Sequence record: DRR723986_18836
Reading direction: 5' to 3' (one strand)
DNA: 64,000 bases
The position numbers were made by a program, and so were the translations under genes. The notes under the pieces were generated by a model that saw only the letters and a program-made list of their open reading frames with translations, made no database searches and was not told where the DNA came from. The first letter of the stretch is position 1. Every line of letters starts with the position of its first letter. This document shows, piece by piece, positions 1-11,072 of this stretch.

Positions 1-30
1 TTTAAAGCCCATTTTACCTTGAAACGATAA
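1..30 (+). CDS. C-terminal end of a T9SS type B sorting-domain (gliding-motility-associated CTD) protein, partial
   Basis: Bases 1-30 read FKAHFTLKR*, the characteristic end of type B CTD proteins; a terminator follows. Confidence 0.7.
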   Translation, partial: FKAHFTLKR

Positions 31-52
31 TTTGACAAACAGTTATAAAAGA

Positions 53-79
53 AAAGCCTGAGCTAAAAACTCAGGCTTT
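53..79. terminator. Bidirectional intrinsic terminator
   Basis: AAAGCCTGAG-ctaaaaa-CTCAGGCTTT between convergent genes. Confidence 0.8.
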
Positions 80-101
80 CTTTATCACTTAGTTTTGAGA
101 A

Positions 102-1628
102 TTAAATATTGAAAGCTAAGGTTAAAATTATATCAGTAAATTTAGTTTGAAGCTGAGCAGAATCAGTTAAACCTACATTATATAATTGATAGTTTATATC
201 GCGTTCAGATTGACTAAAAGCAACATCCACATTTAAATCACCAAAAGTATATCCAAGTCCCAAAGAATAACCTGTTAGATTACCAAAAAAATCATCGTTC
301 TTATAAGGGCTTTCTTCAAATCGATAGCCACCTCTAAAACTAAATTGTTTGTAACGATATTCACCACCTAGTCTGTAAGATGCAGCTGTATCAAGACTAT
401 TGCTAATTTCATTATTTAATCCAGAGAAAAACACATCAGAAGTAGGTCTGAATTTAGCACTACTGTAATCCTTTACCGCATAATCAAAACTTAACAATCC
501 TTTTTTACCAAAAACATACGCTAAACTTCCAGTAATTTTTCCTGGAGTTTGAAGCTTATATTCAGGGAAAATGTTAATTACATTTGGATTAACAATTTGA
601 TTTTCGGTAGAACCATTGTCAATTCTTGTTGATGCTAAATATTGTGAGGTTTCTTCATTAATTCTGTACCATGTTGGTGAAGCATATGATAGTCCTATTC
701 TGAATTCATCCGTTAATTTCGCAATTCCACCTAATTGGAAAGAAAATCCACTTCCAGTGGTCAAGAGATTATTTTCAAAATCAACATTAGTAACTGTAGA
801 AGCGGTATTTGAGTTTGATTCCCTCAAAAAAGTAGTTCTTTCAAAATTTATAAAATGAGAGTTTAAATTAATTCCAAAATAAAACTTATCGTCATAGCTA
901 GTTGCAAAATTAAATGCCAACTTACCATTATAACCTCTACTAGCGTATGCAAAGCGTTGGTTAAAATTTGAGCCATCTAAATCGATATTAGAGGTATAGG
1001 CCGTATTATCATCAGAATCATCTACAGGGTCGATTAAAAATCCTTTAAATGCTAAAAAGGCTTGTTGATTACCAAAACCATAAAATGATCCAATGGCATT
1101 ATATGCTTCCGAAATTGTCTCCCCAGGTAAATCCGATATTTCGTCAAGTCTTTGTCCATTTGCAAAAGCGAAAAAATACTCACCTATACTTGTGTTGGGA
1201 TTGATACCATTTGCTACCCAATCATCATCAAAATCTGCCGCTCGATCATAAGCTACAGAAAGTGTAAACTTTTTCCATGGTGAATTTGTATTAGTATTTC
1301 TAAATAAAAATGCAGCACCTAATTGGTTAATATCAACATTAGAATTAGTTGCCGAATTTGTACCATTAAAGTAATTTACATCATGGTTTGTATTGAACAA
1401 ACCCAATGATAAAGATGCATGACTTGTATTAAAAATAGCTGAGCCAGCTGGATTAATATTAACTGCTGACATGTCACCGCCTAGTGCACCAAAGGCACCT
1501 CCCATTGCTCTAAATCTAGCAGTTCCCTGAATTTCGTCCATAGAATATCTTAATGCGTCAGTTATATCTTGAGATAAAATAAAGGATGTACTCATTAAGC
1601 CTATGCATAACATAAGTATTTTTTTCAT
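102..1628 (-). CDS. OmpP1/FadL-family outer membrane transporter
   Basis: Signal peptide, GTARFRAMGGAFGALGGDMSA..INPAG motif, beta-barrel C-terminus ending LAFNI. Confidence 0.85.
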   Translation of the reverse strand: MKKILMLCIGLMSTSFILSQDITDALRYSMDEIQGTARFRAMGGAFGALGGDMSAVNINPAGSAIFNTSHASLSLGLFNTNHDVNYFNGTNSATNSNVDINQLGAAFLFRNTNTNSPWKKFTLSVAYDRAADFDDDWVANGINPNTSIGEYFFAFANGQRLDEISDLPGETISEAYNAIGSFYGFGNQQAFLAFKGFLIDPVDDSDDNTAYTSNIDLDGSNFNQRFAYASRGYNGKLAFNFATSYDDKFYFGINLNSHFINFERTTFLRESNSNTASTVTNVDFENNLLTTGSGFSFQLGGIAKLTDEFRIGLSYASPTWYRINEETSQYLASTRIDNGSTENQIVNPNVINIFPEYKLQTPGKITGSLAYVFGKKGLLSFDYAVKDYSSAKFRPTSDVFFSGLNNEISNSLDTAASYRLGGEYRYKQFSFRGGYRFEESPYKNDDFFGNLTGYSLGLGYTFGDLNVDVAFSQSERDINYQLYNVGLTDSAQLQTKFTDIILTLAFNI

Positions 1629-1656
1629 TTGTAAATGTATTTAAGGAATTCTTGTT

Positions 1657-2679
1657 TTAACCTCTACCACGTCTTCCACCACCAGAAGATCTTGATCCAC
1701 TGGAAGATCTAGAACCACTAGAAGATCTAACTTTACTTCCTGAAGAAGATCGAGTACTTCTCGTCGATTGAACACTACCAGAAGACCTTGTACTTCTCGT
1801 AGGTCTTGTAACACGAGTATTGTCGCTAGAACTACTACGCACTCTTGTAGAAGATGAATTTCTTGTTGTTCTTGTCGGACGTGTAACTCTAGTATTACTA
1901 TTGCTCCTAACTCTAGTAGAAGAATTATTTGTTCTTACTCTAGTTGAACTTGAATTTCTTGTAGCGTTGGATAACCTTCGTGTTGAATAATCACGTCTAT
2001 TTACAGCTGCATTACTTCTACGTAGGCGACTTAAGTCATTGTTATAGAGCAGGGAACCACGTCTGCCACTATTGTATGCATATCGATTAGAGCTGCGGTA
2101 AAACCCGTTATTCCAGCCCCAGTTATTCCATCCGGGACCCCAACCCCAATTATTCCAACCAGCATTCCATGCCCAAGGATTATTCCAGCCCCAGCCAACT
2201 CCAAACCCTGCATTCCAGCCCCAACGGTTCCAGCCCCAAGGTCGTCCCCAACCCCAGCCACCATAAAACCAAGGGTCATTAATACCCCAATTAGCCCAAC
2301 CATTATCTATTACATTAATAGTTACAGTACTATTGTTCTGTCCCCATCCACCATAAGCGGGTCTCTGTTCTAAAGTATCTTGGTCTATTTCATTATAGTT
2401 GCCTTGATAAGAATCTATATCAGTAAAAATTTCACTCTCTTCTATGATTGCATCTAATTCTGCTGAATTTTCAGCAAAATAATTTTTATAGTAATTTGAA
2501 TCATCAGTTGACGTAGTGACTACTGTTCTTTCAACTTCAGTATCTTGATCATCTGTAGTATAAATACCATCATTATCATATCCTGCATACTGAAAAGAAC
2601 CACAAGAAGTTAACATAGCCATTAGGCCAAGTGCAACAAAAAATGGCAATTTTTGTTTGGTTAAAGTATTAAATTGCAT
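1657..2679 (-). CDS. Lipoprotein of unknown function with Trp/Gly/Asn-rich centre and Arg/Ser-rich tail
   Basis: Lipobox LTSC, YDNDGIY motif, low-complexity repeats; divergent from proS. Confidence 0.75.
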   Translation of the reverse strand: MQFNTLTKQKLPFFVALGLMAMLTSCGSFQYAGYDNDGIYTTDDQDTEVERTVVTTSTDDSNYYKNYFAENSAELDAIIEESEIFTDIDSYQGNYNEIDQDTLEQRPAYGGWGQNNSTVTINVIDNGWANWGINDPWFYGGWGWGRPWGWNRWGWNAGFGVGWGWNNPWAWNAGWNNWGWGPGWNNWGWNNGFYRSSNRYAYNSGRRGSLLYNNDLSRLRRSNAAVNRRDYSTRRLSNATRNSSSTRVRTNNSSTRVRSNSNTRVTRPTRTTRNSSSTRVRSSSSDNTRVTRPTRSTRSSGSVQSTRSTRSSSGSKVRSSSGSRSSSGSRSSGGGRRGRG

Positions 2680-2779
2680 ATCTCTTTTATTTTATTGTTG
2701 AACAATACAAAAATAGTTAGTTTTGCTGAACTATTTTATTATTTAACATAAGCACAACTTTTGTGCCAAAACACTGAAA

Positions 2780-4258
2780 ATGAGTAAAAATCTTACGAGT
2801 AGAGCTGAAGATTATTCGAAATGGTACAATGAATTGGTTGTTAAAGCTGATTTAGCAGAGAATTCTGCGGTAAGAGGTTGTATGGTTATAAAGCCGTATG
2901 GTTATGCGATTTGGGAAAAGATGCAAGCAGAACTAGATAGAATGTTTAAGGAAACAGGCCATCAAAACGCGTATTTTCCATTATTTGTGCCAAAGAGTTT
3001 ATTTGAGGCAGAAGAGAAAAATGCTGAAGGATTTGCTAAGGAATGTGCAGTAGTAACACATTACAGGTTGCAAACTGACCCTGATAATGAAGGTAAACTT
3101 AGAGTAGACCCTGAAGCTAAATTAGAAGAAGAACTTGTTGTGAGACCAACTAGTGAAGCAATAATTTGGAATACCTATAAAGGTTGGATACAGAGTTATA
3201 GAGATTTACCGATTTTAGTAAATCAATGGGCTAACGTAGTTAGATGGGAAATGCGAACACGTTTATTTTTACGTACTGCAGAGTTTTTATGGCAAGAGGG
3301 TCATACAGCACATGCAACAAAAGAAGAGGCTTGGGAGGAAACGAAACTTATTAATAATATATACGCCACATTTGTAGAAAATTTTATGGCTATTCCTATT
3401 ATACAGGGTTTGAAAACAGAAAGTGAAAGATTTGCGGGCGCTGAAGAAACGATGTGTATTGAAGCATTAATGCAAGATGGCAAGGCATTGCAAGCTGGTA
3501 CATCTCATTTCTTAGGTCAAAATTTCGCCAAAGCATTTGATGTAAAGTTTACGAATAAAGAAGGTAAACAAGATTTTGTTTGGGCAACTTCATGGGGTGT
3601 TTCTACCCGTTTAATGGGTGCATTAATAATGACGCATAGTGACGATAAAGGATTAGTATTACCTCCTAATTTAGCGCCATATCAGGTTGTTATTGTTCCG
3701 ATATATAAGAATGAAGAACAATTTGATGCTATACAAAAGGTGGCTGATGAAATAATTTATGACTTGAAAGAAAGAAATATCAGCGTAAAGTTTGATAAAA
3801 GAGATACACTTAGACCTGGTGCAAAATTTGCACAACACGAATTGCAAGGTGTACCTCTTAGAATTGCTATTGGACCAAAAGACCTTGAAGATAATACTGT
3901 TGAAATAGCAAGACGAGATACATTTACAAAGGATACAGTGATTATAGATCGCATAAATGTAGTTATTGAGGACTTGTTGGAAGAGATTCAAGAAAGCTTG
4001 TTTAATAAGGCTTTGAATTTTAGAAACTCTCATATAACACAGGTTGAGGATTTTGAAGAATTTAAGAAAGTACTAGAAACTAAAACTGGCTTTATTTCAG
4101 CGCATTGGGATGGTACAGCTGAAACCGAGCAAAAAATAAAAGAGTTAACAAAGGCAACTATTCGTTGCATACCTATAGATAATAAGAAAGAGAAAGGAAA
4201 ATGTATTTTGACGGGTAATCCGTCACAGCAAAGAGTGCTATTTGCAAAAGCATATTAA
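2780..4258 (+). CDS. proS: Proline--tRNA ligase (archaeal/eukaryotic type)
   Basis: [34 protein letters not shown]-terminal FAKAY. Confidence 0.98.
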   Translation: MSKNLTSRAEDYSKWYNELVVKADLAENSAVRGCMVIKPYGYAIWEKMQAELDRMFKETGHQNAYFPLFVPKSLFEAEEKNAEGFAKECAVVTHYRLQTDPDNEGKLRVDPEAKLEEELVVRPTSEAIIWNTYKGWIQSYRDLPILVNQWANVVRWEMRTRLFLRTAEFLWQEGHTAHATKEEAWEETKLINNIYATFVENFMAIPIIQGLKTESERFAGAEETMCIEALMQDGKALQAGTSHFLGQNFAKAFDVKFTNKEGKQDFVWATSWGVSTRLMGALIMTHSDDKGLVLPPNLAPYQVVIVPIYKNEEQFDAIQKVADEIIYDLKERNISVKFDKRDTLRPGAKFAQHELQGVPLRIAIGPKDLEDNTVEIARRDTFTKDTVIIDRINVVIEDLLEEIQESLFNKALNFRNSHITQVEDFEEFKKVLETKTGFISAHWDGTAETEQKIKELTKATIRCIPIDNKKEKGKCILTGNPSQQRVLFAKAY

Positions 4259-4285
4259 AAAAAAATCAAAAAAAATTCGCTAGGT

Positions 4286-4316
4286 GTTGCAACATTTAAA
4301 AATAGTTGTATTTTTG
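4286..4316 (+). promoter_or_regulatory. Bacteroidota primary-sigma promoter of tRNA-Glu/rpsT
   Basis: TATTTTTG (-7 element) at 4309-4316 with GTTG about 19 nt upstream. Confidence 0.6.
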
Positions 4317-4367
4317 CATCCGCAATGGAAACATTGTAGGTTCATTTAAATAAGTAAATAACCAAAT

Positions 4368-4439
4368 GGCCCGTTCGTCTATCGGCTAGGACGCCAGGTT
4401 TTCATCCTGGTAAGAGGGGTTCGATTCCCCTACGGGCTA
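4368..4439 (+). tRNA. tRNA-Glu (TTC)
   Basis: Acceptor stem GGCCCGT/ACGGGCT, anticodon arm CCAGG-TT-TTC-AT-CCTGG, T-loop GGTTCGATT; CCA not encoded. Confidence 0.97.
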
Positions 4440-4462
4440 CAATTTTTAATAAGAAAAATATA

Positions 4463-4714
4463 ATGGCAAATCATAAGTCAGCTTTAAAAAGAATTAGAAG
4501 TAACGAGAAAAGACGTGTGCTAAATAGATACCAGCACAAGACAACTCGTAATGCTATAAAAAAATTACGTGAGATTACTAATGCTAAGGAGGCACAGAAA
4601 ATGTTACCGTCTGTTATTAGTATGATTGATAAATTAGCGAAGAAAAATATTATTCATGCTAATAAAGCTGGTAATTTAAAATCTCAGTTAACTAAACACG
4701 TTGCTGCTCTTTAA
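4463..4714 (+). CDS. rpsT: 30S ribosomal protein S20
   Basis: MANHKSALKRIR...IIHANKAGNLKS. Confidence 0.98.
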   Translation: MANHKSALKRIRSNEKRRVLNRYQHKTTRNAIKKLREITNAKEAQKMLPSVISMIDKLAKKNIIHANKAGNLKSQLTKHVAAL

Positions 4715-4740
4715 GTTATAGCAACGTACTAGATAGTATT

Positions 4741-4770
4741 AAAGTCTTTCCAAGTGGAAAGACTTTTTTT
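4741..4770 (+). terminator. Intrinsic terminator of rpsT
   Basis: AAAGTCTTTCC-aagt-GGAAAGACTTT followed by a T-run. Confidence 0.85.
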
Positions 4771-4790
4771 TATTCTATTAACTTTTTTGT

Positions 4791-4823
4791 AAAAAAAACC
4801 TTGAATAATAGTATTCAAGGTTT
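4791..4823 (-). terminator. Intrinsic terminator of rho
   Basis: AAACCTTGAATA-atag-TATTCAAGGTTT with a U-tract on the minus strand. Confidence 0.8.
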
Positions 4824-4846
4824 AAATATATAAGAATTAAAAATCT

Positions 4847-6472
4847 TTATCCGTTCATGGATATAAGGAACTCTTCATTGTTTCTAGTTTGCTTAAATCT
4901 ATCATTGATAAACTCCATAGCTTCAACAGGGTTCATATCCGCAAGATATTTACGCATAACCCACATTCTTTGAATTGTATTGTCGTCTAACAATAAATCA
5001 TCACGTCTCGTACTTGATGATGTTAAATCTATGGCAGGGAATATGCGACGATTAGAAATCTTACGATCTAACTGTAATTCCATATTACCAGTTCCTTTAA
5101 ACTCTTCAAAAATAACTTCATCCATTTTAGAGCCTGTCTCTGTTAAAGCAGTTGCTATAATAGTTAAAGATCCACCATTTTCAATATTACGAGCTGCACC
5201 AAAGAAACGTTTTGGTTTGTGTAAGGCGTTTGCATCAACACCACCAGATAGAATCTTACCAGATGCTGGCTGGACTGTATTGTAGGCTCTTGCTAAACGT
5301 GTTATTGAGTCTAACAGAATAACAACATCATGTCCGCATTCAACTAAACGTTTTGCTTTTTCTAAAACAATATTAGCAATCTTAACATGCTCATGCGCTT
5401 CTTTATCAAAAGTTGAAGCTATTACTTCACCACGTACATTCCGTTGCATGTCAGTAACCTCCTCAGGACGTTCATCAATTAATAAAATCATTTGATAAAC
5501 TTCTGGATGATTCGCCGCTATAGCATTCGCAACATCCTTAAGAAGCATTGTTTTACCTGTTTTTGGTTGAGAAACGATCATACCACGTTGCCCTTTACCA
5601 ATTGGTGAGAACAAATCCATAATCCTAGTGGATATTGTACTTTGCTTTTCTGCAATATTAAATTTCTCTTGTGGAAATAAAGGTGTTAAATGTTCAAATG
5701 CAACACGATCTCTAACCACTTGTGGATTTTGACCATTTATTTTACTTACTTTAATAAGCGGAAAATATTTTTCACCTTCCTTTGGTGGTCTCACGTGGCC
5801 TAGAACTGTATCACCTGTTTTTAATCCAAATAATCTAATTTGTGATTGAGATACATAAATATCATCAGGGGAGGTTAAGTAATTGTAATCCGAAGACCTT
5901 AAGAACCCATAACCATCTTGCATAATGTCTAACACACCTTCACTTTCTATTATGGCATCAAATTCAAAATCTGGTTCTCGATAACGATTTCTGTTATCTT
6001 TATTACCATTATTTTTAGAATTATTATTTCTATTGTCTTTAGAGCGATTTTGTCTATTATCGTTCTGATTTGAACGTTTATTATCATCCTTACGCTCATT
6101 AGATTTATTGTCATGGCGTTTTTGATGAGAGCGATCTTTGTTAGATTTACGTTCTTGTGGCTTAGAATCTTCTTTTTTATCAGAAGCGTCTTTTTTATCA
6201 GAGAAGTCTATAGATTTTTGGTCTTTATTATGCTCTTGTTTGTTTTGCGTTCTAGGGCGTTTTGCTTGAGGCTTGTTGTCTTTTCTTTCAGAATTATCTT
6301 TGGTTGCAGATACATTCGCTTTAACTGCCTCAGGATTGGCTGCTTGGTAATCTAAAATTTGATATACCAAGTCTAATTTTTTTAATGATCGGTACTTAGG
6401 GACTTTAAGCTGCTTAGCTATATCCTGTAACTCAGGAAGCTTTTTAGCCTTTAACTGTGAAATTTCAAACAT
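4847..6472 (-). CDS. rho: Transcription termination factor Rho with long polar N-terminal insertion
   Basis: [24 protein letters not shown], Walker [19 protein letters not shown]. Confidence 0.98.
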   Translation of the reverse strand: MFEISQLKAKKLPELQDIAKQLKVPKYRSLKKLDLVYQILDYQAANPEAVKANVSATKDNSERKDNKPQAKRPRTQNKQEHNKDQKSIDFSDKKDASDKKEDSKPQERKSNKDRSHQKRHDNKSNERKDDNKRSNQNDNRQNRSKDNRNNNSKNNGNKDNRNRYREPDFEFDAIIESEGVLDIMQDGYGFLRSSDYNYLTSPDDIYVSQSQIRLFGLKTGDTVLGHVRPPKEGEKYFPLIKVSKINGQNPQVVRDRVAFEHLTPLFPQEKFNIAEKQSTISTRIMDLFSPIGKGQRGMIVSQPKTGKTMLLKDVANAIAANHPEVYQMILLIDERPEEVTDMQRNVRGEVIASTFDKEAHEHVKIANIVLEKAKRLVECGHDVVILLDSITRLARAYNTVQPASGKILSGGVDANALHKPKRFFGAARNIENGGSLTIIATALTETGSKMDEVIFEEFKGTGNMELQLDRKISNRRIFPAIDLTSSSTRRDDLLLDDNTIQRMWVMRKYLADMNPVEAMEFINDRFKQTRNNEEFLISMNG

Positions 6473-6688
6473 TCGTATGTTGTATAATGTATTATAATTT
6501 GATATTATTAATTCAAGATCTTCTAAATGAAATAAAAAGAAAAAAAGTGAAATTAATTTGGAAGATTAGATAGATGCAACTCAGTGCGTTACCTCTTTCT
6601 ATTGCAATAATACAATTTTATTTTAAATTAAATTCTATCTTTTTAAAAAATAAACTACTAATTTTGTGCTGCTTTTTTAATTAAAGTT

Positions 6689-7099
6689 ATGATTCAACGA
6701 ATACAAACGCTTTATTTGTTTCTTGCAGCTGTAATATCTGCAGTCTTAATTTTTGTGTTTCATTTATGGACCAATAATGAAGGTATGGAGATATTTGCTA
6801 TGGATAATTATCTGTATTTAGCATTATTTGTTGCATCAGCTGTATTATCTGTAATAGCAATATTTAGTTTTAAAAATAGAAAGTCTCAATTTGTTATGGG
6901 ACGAGTTAATATAATATTAAACTTTATTTTACTAGGAGTCTTTGTATATCAATCTCTAAACTTATCTGGAGAAACTAACGTTTCTGAGAAAGGTATTGGG
7001 ATTCTTCTTCCTATTTTTTCTATTGTGTGTTTAGTCTTGGCAAACAAGGCTATTAAAAAGGATGAAGATCTTGTGAAATCTGTAGATCGATTACGATGA
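6689..7099 (+). CDS. DUF4293 family membrane protein
   Basis: MIQRIQTLYL start and IKKDEDLVKSVDRLR end. Confidence 0.9.
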   Translation: MIQRIQTLYLFLAAVISAVLIFVFHLWTNNEGMEIFAMDNYLYLALFVASAVLSVIAIFSFKNRKSQFVMGRVNIILNFILLGVFVYQSLNLSGETNVSEKGIGILLPIFSIVCLVLANKAIKKDEDLVKSVDRLR

Positions 7100-7125
7100 A
7101 CCTAAAATCTTAGTAGTATTAGTGC

Positions 7126-7157
7126 GAAAAACCCAGACGCTGCCGTCTGGGTTTTTC
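7126..7157. terminator. Bidirectional terminator
   Basis: GAAAAACCCAGACG-ctgc-CGTCTGGGTTTTTC between convergent genes. Confidence 0.85.
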
Positions 7158-7162
7158 ATTTT

Positions 7163-7657
7163 TTAACGTTTGTCAAATTCAATAACTTCTAGATCCTTTA
7201 TTTCTTCACCGTCAATTTTAAAGCGTAGCATTGTCCTAATCTTATGAAAACCATGCTTGCCAACTGCTCCAGGATTCATATGTAAAAGGTTAAGTTGTTT
7301 ATCTGGCATTACCTTAAGTATATGAGAATGTCCAGTAATGAAAAGATCAGGTGGATTTAGTTGAAGATCCTCACGTACTCTACTGTTATATTTAGGCGGA
7401 TAACCTCCGATATGGGTTATCCATACATCAACATCTTCGCATTTAAAGCGATTATGTAAAGGAAACTCCGTTCTGGCTTTAGCATCATCTATATTTCCAT
7501 AGACACCTCTTAAGGTTTTAATTTTTTTGATACTATCAGTTACTTCTAAATCACCAATATCACCGGCATGCCAAACTTCATCGGCTTGCTTAACATGCTT
7601 AAGAATAGCATCATCAATATATCCGTGAGTATCTGATAATAGGAGTATCTTTTTCAT
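7163..7657 (-). CDS. YfcE-like metallophosphoesterase
   Basis: SDTH, HAGD, GNID, GHSH and NPG motifs; start moved to MKKILLLSDTH to avoid overlap with truA. Confidence 0.9.
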   Translation of the reverse strand: MKKILLLSDTHGYIDDAILKHVKQADEVWHAGDIGDLEVTDSIKKIKTLRGVYGNIDDAKARTEFPLHNRFKCEDVDVWITHIGGYPPKYNSRVREDLQLNPPDLFITGHSHILKVMPDKQLNLLHMNPGAVGKHGFHKIRTMLRFKIDGEEIKDLEVIEFDKR

Positions 7658-7731
7658 TAAGATAATATTGTGATTATAACTCTGATTTCTGATTATCTTT
7701 GTAGACTCAGGTGCAAAAATAAGAGAATCTT

Positions 7732-8478
7732 TTGAGATATTTTTTAGAGCTATCATACAATGGCAAGGCTTATCATGGTTGGCAAAATCAACCCAATGCA
7801 ATTTCTGTACAAGAGGTCGTTGAAAAAGCGATGACACTTTTACTAAATGAAAAAATTTCAATTGTTGGAGCCGGACGAACAGATGCTGGCGTACACGCTA
7901 AACAAATGTTTGCTCATTTTGATGTAGAAGATGCTATTAGTACAGAAGGTTTAGAATATAAGTTGAATTCTTATTTACCAAAAGATATTGCAATACACCA
8001 TATTTTCAAAGTACAAAAAGATGCACATGCAAGATTCGATGCTGAAAGTAGGACATATCATTATAAAATTTCAACATCTAAGAATGTATTTGATTATGAT
8101 TTTTCATATCAAATACAGAAGGAATTAAATATAGATGATATGAATGAAGCGTGTAAAATTCTATTTGAGTATAAAGATTTTCAATGCTTTTCTAAGAGTA
8201 ATACCGATGTAAAAACTTATAATTGTGATGTCAAAGTAGCGCGTTGGGAAGTCAGTAATAATGAATTAACTTTTATTATTACAGCAGATCGGTTTTTAAG
8301 AAATATGGTACGAGCCATAGTTGGTACCATGGTAAATATAGGTTTAGGAAAGATTATGCCAGATGAGTTACATCAGATTATAAAGTCAAAGAATAGAAGT
8401 AATGCTGGATTTTCAGTTCCTGCTAATGGATTGTATTTAGTAGAAATCAAATATCCAGATAATATTAAATTGAATTAA
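7732..8478 (+). CDS. truA: tRNA pseudouridine(38-40) synthase
   Basis: YHGWQ, GAGRTDAGVHA, FLRNMVR; TTG start. Confidence 0.97.
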   Translation: MRYFLELSYNGKAYHGWQNQPNAISVQEVVEKAMTLLLNEKISIVGAGRTDAGVHAKQMFAHFDVEDAISTEGLEYKLNSYLPKDIAIHHIFKVQKDAHARFDAESRTYHYKISTSKNVFDYDFSYQIQKELNIDDMNEACKILFEYKDFQCFSKSNTDVKTYNCDVKVARWEVSNNELTFIITADRFLRNMVRAIVGTMVNIGLGKIMPDELHQIIKSKNRSNAGFSVPANGLYLVEIKYPDNIKLN

Positions 8479-8509
8479 GAAAATATACTGAACGAAGTTC
8501 AGGATAAAA

Positions 8510-10279
8510 ATGGCAGAGGAAACCAAAAAAAGAATATTTGACGTCTCTTTATTTAAGAGGTTATTGCAGTATATAAAACCCTACAGGTCTATATTCGCAA
8601 TATCATTGGTTTGTGTAATTGCGCTCGCCGTGTTTGGTGCATTACGACCTTATGTGTTACAACAAGCTATTGATACTCAAATAGCGCAGCGCAAATACGA
8701 TGGTTTCATATTTTACATTGTTATAATGCTTGCACTTTTAGTTGTAGAAGTTATTTCTCAGCTATTATTTATCTACTATGCAAGTTGGTTAGGACAGTCT
8801 GTTGTTAGGGATATAAGAGTCAAGTTATTTAAACATATGCTAAAGTTTAAAATGACTTATTTTGATAAATCTTCAGTTGGAGTTTTAATAACCAGAGCAG
8901 TCACAGATATGGAGCGTATAGCAGATATCTTTGGTCAAGGCTTGTTTATGATATTTAGTGATATTCTTAAAATGGCAGTTGTAGCTGGTATTATGTTATT
9001 TATGAATTGGAAGTTAAGTCTTATTGTACTTACTACCATGCCAATAATTGTATTTGCAACTAAGATATTTCAAAAGTATATGAAACGTGCGTTTGAAGAT
9101 GTACGTACAGAAGTTTCAAACCTAAATTCATTTGTACAAGAACGTGTAACAGGTATGAAAATACTCCAGTTATTCACACGTGAAGCAACAGAGTATAAAA
9201 AGTTTAAGGCTATTAATGAACGTCATAAAAAAGGGTGGTTAAAAACCGTTTGGTATAACTCTATATTTTTTCCGATTGCAGAATTTGTATCTTCTTTAAC
9301 GATGGGAGCGGTTATTTGGATTGGTGGATTAAACACAGTAGTTGGCGAAACAGCGTCCTTAGGTGATTTAATTGCCTTCACTATGTTTATTCCAATGTTG
9401 TTTAGACCTTTATATCAAATTGCTAACAAATTTAATACGTTACAGATGGGTATGGTTGCAGCGGATCGCGTATTTAAAGTATTAGATACCGATTCTAATA
9501 TTGATGATAAAGGAACGATAGAGGCTAACCATTTTAAGGGTGAGATTGAATTTGAGAATGTTAAGTTTTCTTACGTAAAAGACGAAGAAGTTTTAAAAGG
9601 TATTTCTTTTAATGTTGAAGCTGGTGAAACTGTTGCGATTGTTGGAGCTACAGGAGCAGGAAAGTCAACAATTATTAATTTATTAAATCGCTTTTACGAA
9701 ATTAATTCCGGTGCTATTAAAGTTGATGGTTCAGACATAAAAGACATGACTCTAAGTTCTTTGCGTCATCAAATAGCAATTGTTTTACAGGATGTGTTTT
9801 TATTTGCTGATACCATTTTGAATAATATTACACTAAATAACGAATATATTACTGAAGAAGATGTTGTAACCGCAGCCAAAGCCATTGGTATACATGATTT
9901 TATTTCTTCATTGCCTGGTGGTTATCATTATAATGTAAAAGAACGTGGTGTAATGTTATCCTCAGGCCAACGTCAATTAATTTCATTTTTAAGGGCTTAC
10001 GTTACCAATCCGAGTATTTTAATTTTAGATGAAGCAACGTCTTCTGTAGATTCTTATTCAGAACAATTAATACAAGATGCGACAGACACTATTACTAAAG
10101 GTAGAACATCTATTGTCATTGCGCATCGTTTAGCAACCATACAGCAAGCTGATAAAATCATTGTTATGGATGCAGGGCAAATCGTAGAGATTGGTACTCA
10201 CAAATCACTTCTTAAAAAGAAAGATGGTTACTATAAAAATCTGTATGAGGTGCAATTCTTAAAAGCAGAAGCTGTTTAA
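8510..10279 (+). CDS. ABC exporter, fused permease/ATPase (MsbA/MdlB-like)
   Basis: N-terminal transmembrane helices, GATGAGKS, LSSGQRQ, ILDEATS. Confidence 0.93.
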   Translation: MAEETKKRIFDVSLFKRLLQYIKPYRSIFAISLVCVIALAVFGALRPYVLQQAIDTQIAQRKYDGFIFYIVIMLALLVVEVISQLLFIYYASWLGQSVVRDIRVKLFKHMLKFKMTYFDKSSVGVLITRAVTDMERIADIFGQGLFMIFSDILKMAVVAGIMLFMNWKLSLIVLTTMPIIVFATKIFQKYMKRAFEDVRTEVSNLNSFVQERVTGMKILQLFTREATEYKKFKAINERHKKGWLKTVWYNSIFFPIAEFVSSLTMGAVIWIGGLNTVVGETASLGDLIAFTMFIPMLFRPLYQIANKFNTLQMGMVAADRVFKVLDTDSNIDDKGTIEANHFKGEIEFENVKFSYVKDEEVLKGISFNVEAGETVAIVGATGAGKSTIINLLNRFYEINSGAIKVDGSDIKDMTLSSLRHQIAIVLQDVFLFADTILNNITLNNEYITEEDVVTAAKAIGIHDFISSLPGGYHYNVKERGVMLSSGQRQLISFLRAYVTNPSILILDEATSSVDSYSEQLIQDATDTITKGRTSIVIAHRLATIQQADKIIVMDAGQIVEIGTHKSLLKKKDGYYKNLYEVQFLKAEAV

Positions 10280-10289
10280 TAAAGTACGG

Positions 10290-11072
10290 CTATTTAGGTC
10301 TAAAATCTTCTAAACTTACCACTCCGGTTATTAGCATTAGTATAAATGCTAAAATTGAAATTATCATATAAGCCATAAAAAACAAGGCAACTGCTATAAT
10401 GGTTTTTAATATTAGATTTCCTATTGATAATTTAAATATGCGCTTGAGCGCATAGCAAAGATAGACAAGCATTATCAACCAACTAGACATACTAAATAAT
10501 AAGTAATTGCTTGGAACTAGAAATAATACTATTTGACCAATAATTACTGAAATAATACTCAATAGTGACATTGAGTATAGATAGATGATAATGTGCTCTG
10601 TAAAATTAAATTTTTTATCTAAAAATGTTACCCGAGAAACTAGTGCCATTAACGGTATTAAAAATGAATAGAACAAAGAGTTATATTCTAAAATATTGCC
10701 AGATGTAGCATTAAATATATCTTGACTGGCTTTTACTCCTTCAAATAGATGAGAAAAGTCTAAGTGCTCTATGTAGAACTTTTTAAGAATAAAAACAGAT
10801 AGTCCAGATAAGGTCAATGCTAATCCAAAGAAACTTATCGGATTTATGTATCTCTTTCTTACTCCATTTATATAACCAACAATAACATCTTCAGAGTTTT
10901 TAAATAGCTGAACAAAGGTTCTTAGTAGTTTATTATCATAGTTAAAGAATGTTTCACTGAGATGTTCAAATAGATTCTTAAATGATAACCGCTTTCTAAT
11001 GACTTTGCCACCACAACTTTTACAGTAGTCATCTTGTACGTGTAATTCGGTATGGCAGTTTTTACAATTCAT
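10290..11072 (-). CDS. DUF3667-domain membrane protein with N-terminal CxxC...CxxC
   Basis: Starts MNCKNC..YCKSCGGK; GYINGVRKRYINP motif. The listed 409-aa ORF extends upstream only because the upstream paralog is frameshifted. Confidence 0.85.
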   Translation of the reverse strand: MNCKNCHTELHVQDDYCKSCGGKVIRKRLSFKNLFEHLSETFFNYDNKLLRTFVQLFKNSEDVIVGYINGVRKRYINPISFFGLALTLSGLSVFILKKFYIEHLDFSHLFEGVKASQDIFNATSGNILEYNSLFYSFLIPLMALVSRVTFLDKKFNFTEHIIIYLYSMSLLSIISVIIGQIVLFLVPSNYLLFSMSSWLIMLVYLCYALKRIFKLSIGNLILKTIIAVALFFMAYMIISILAFILMLITGVVSLEDFRPK

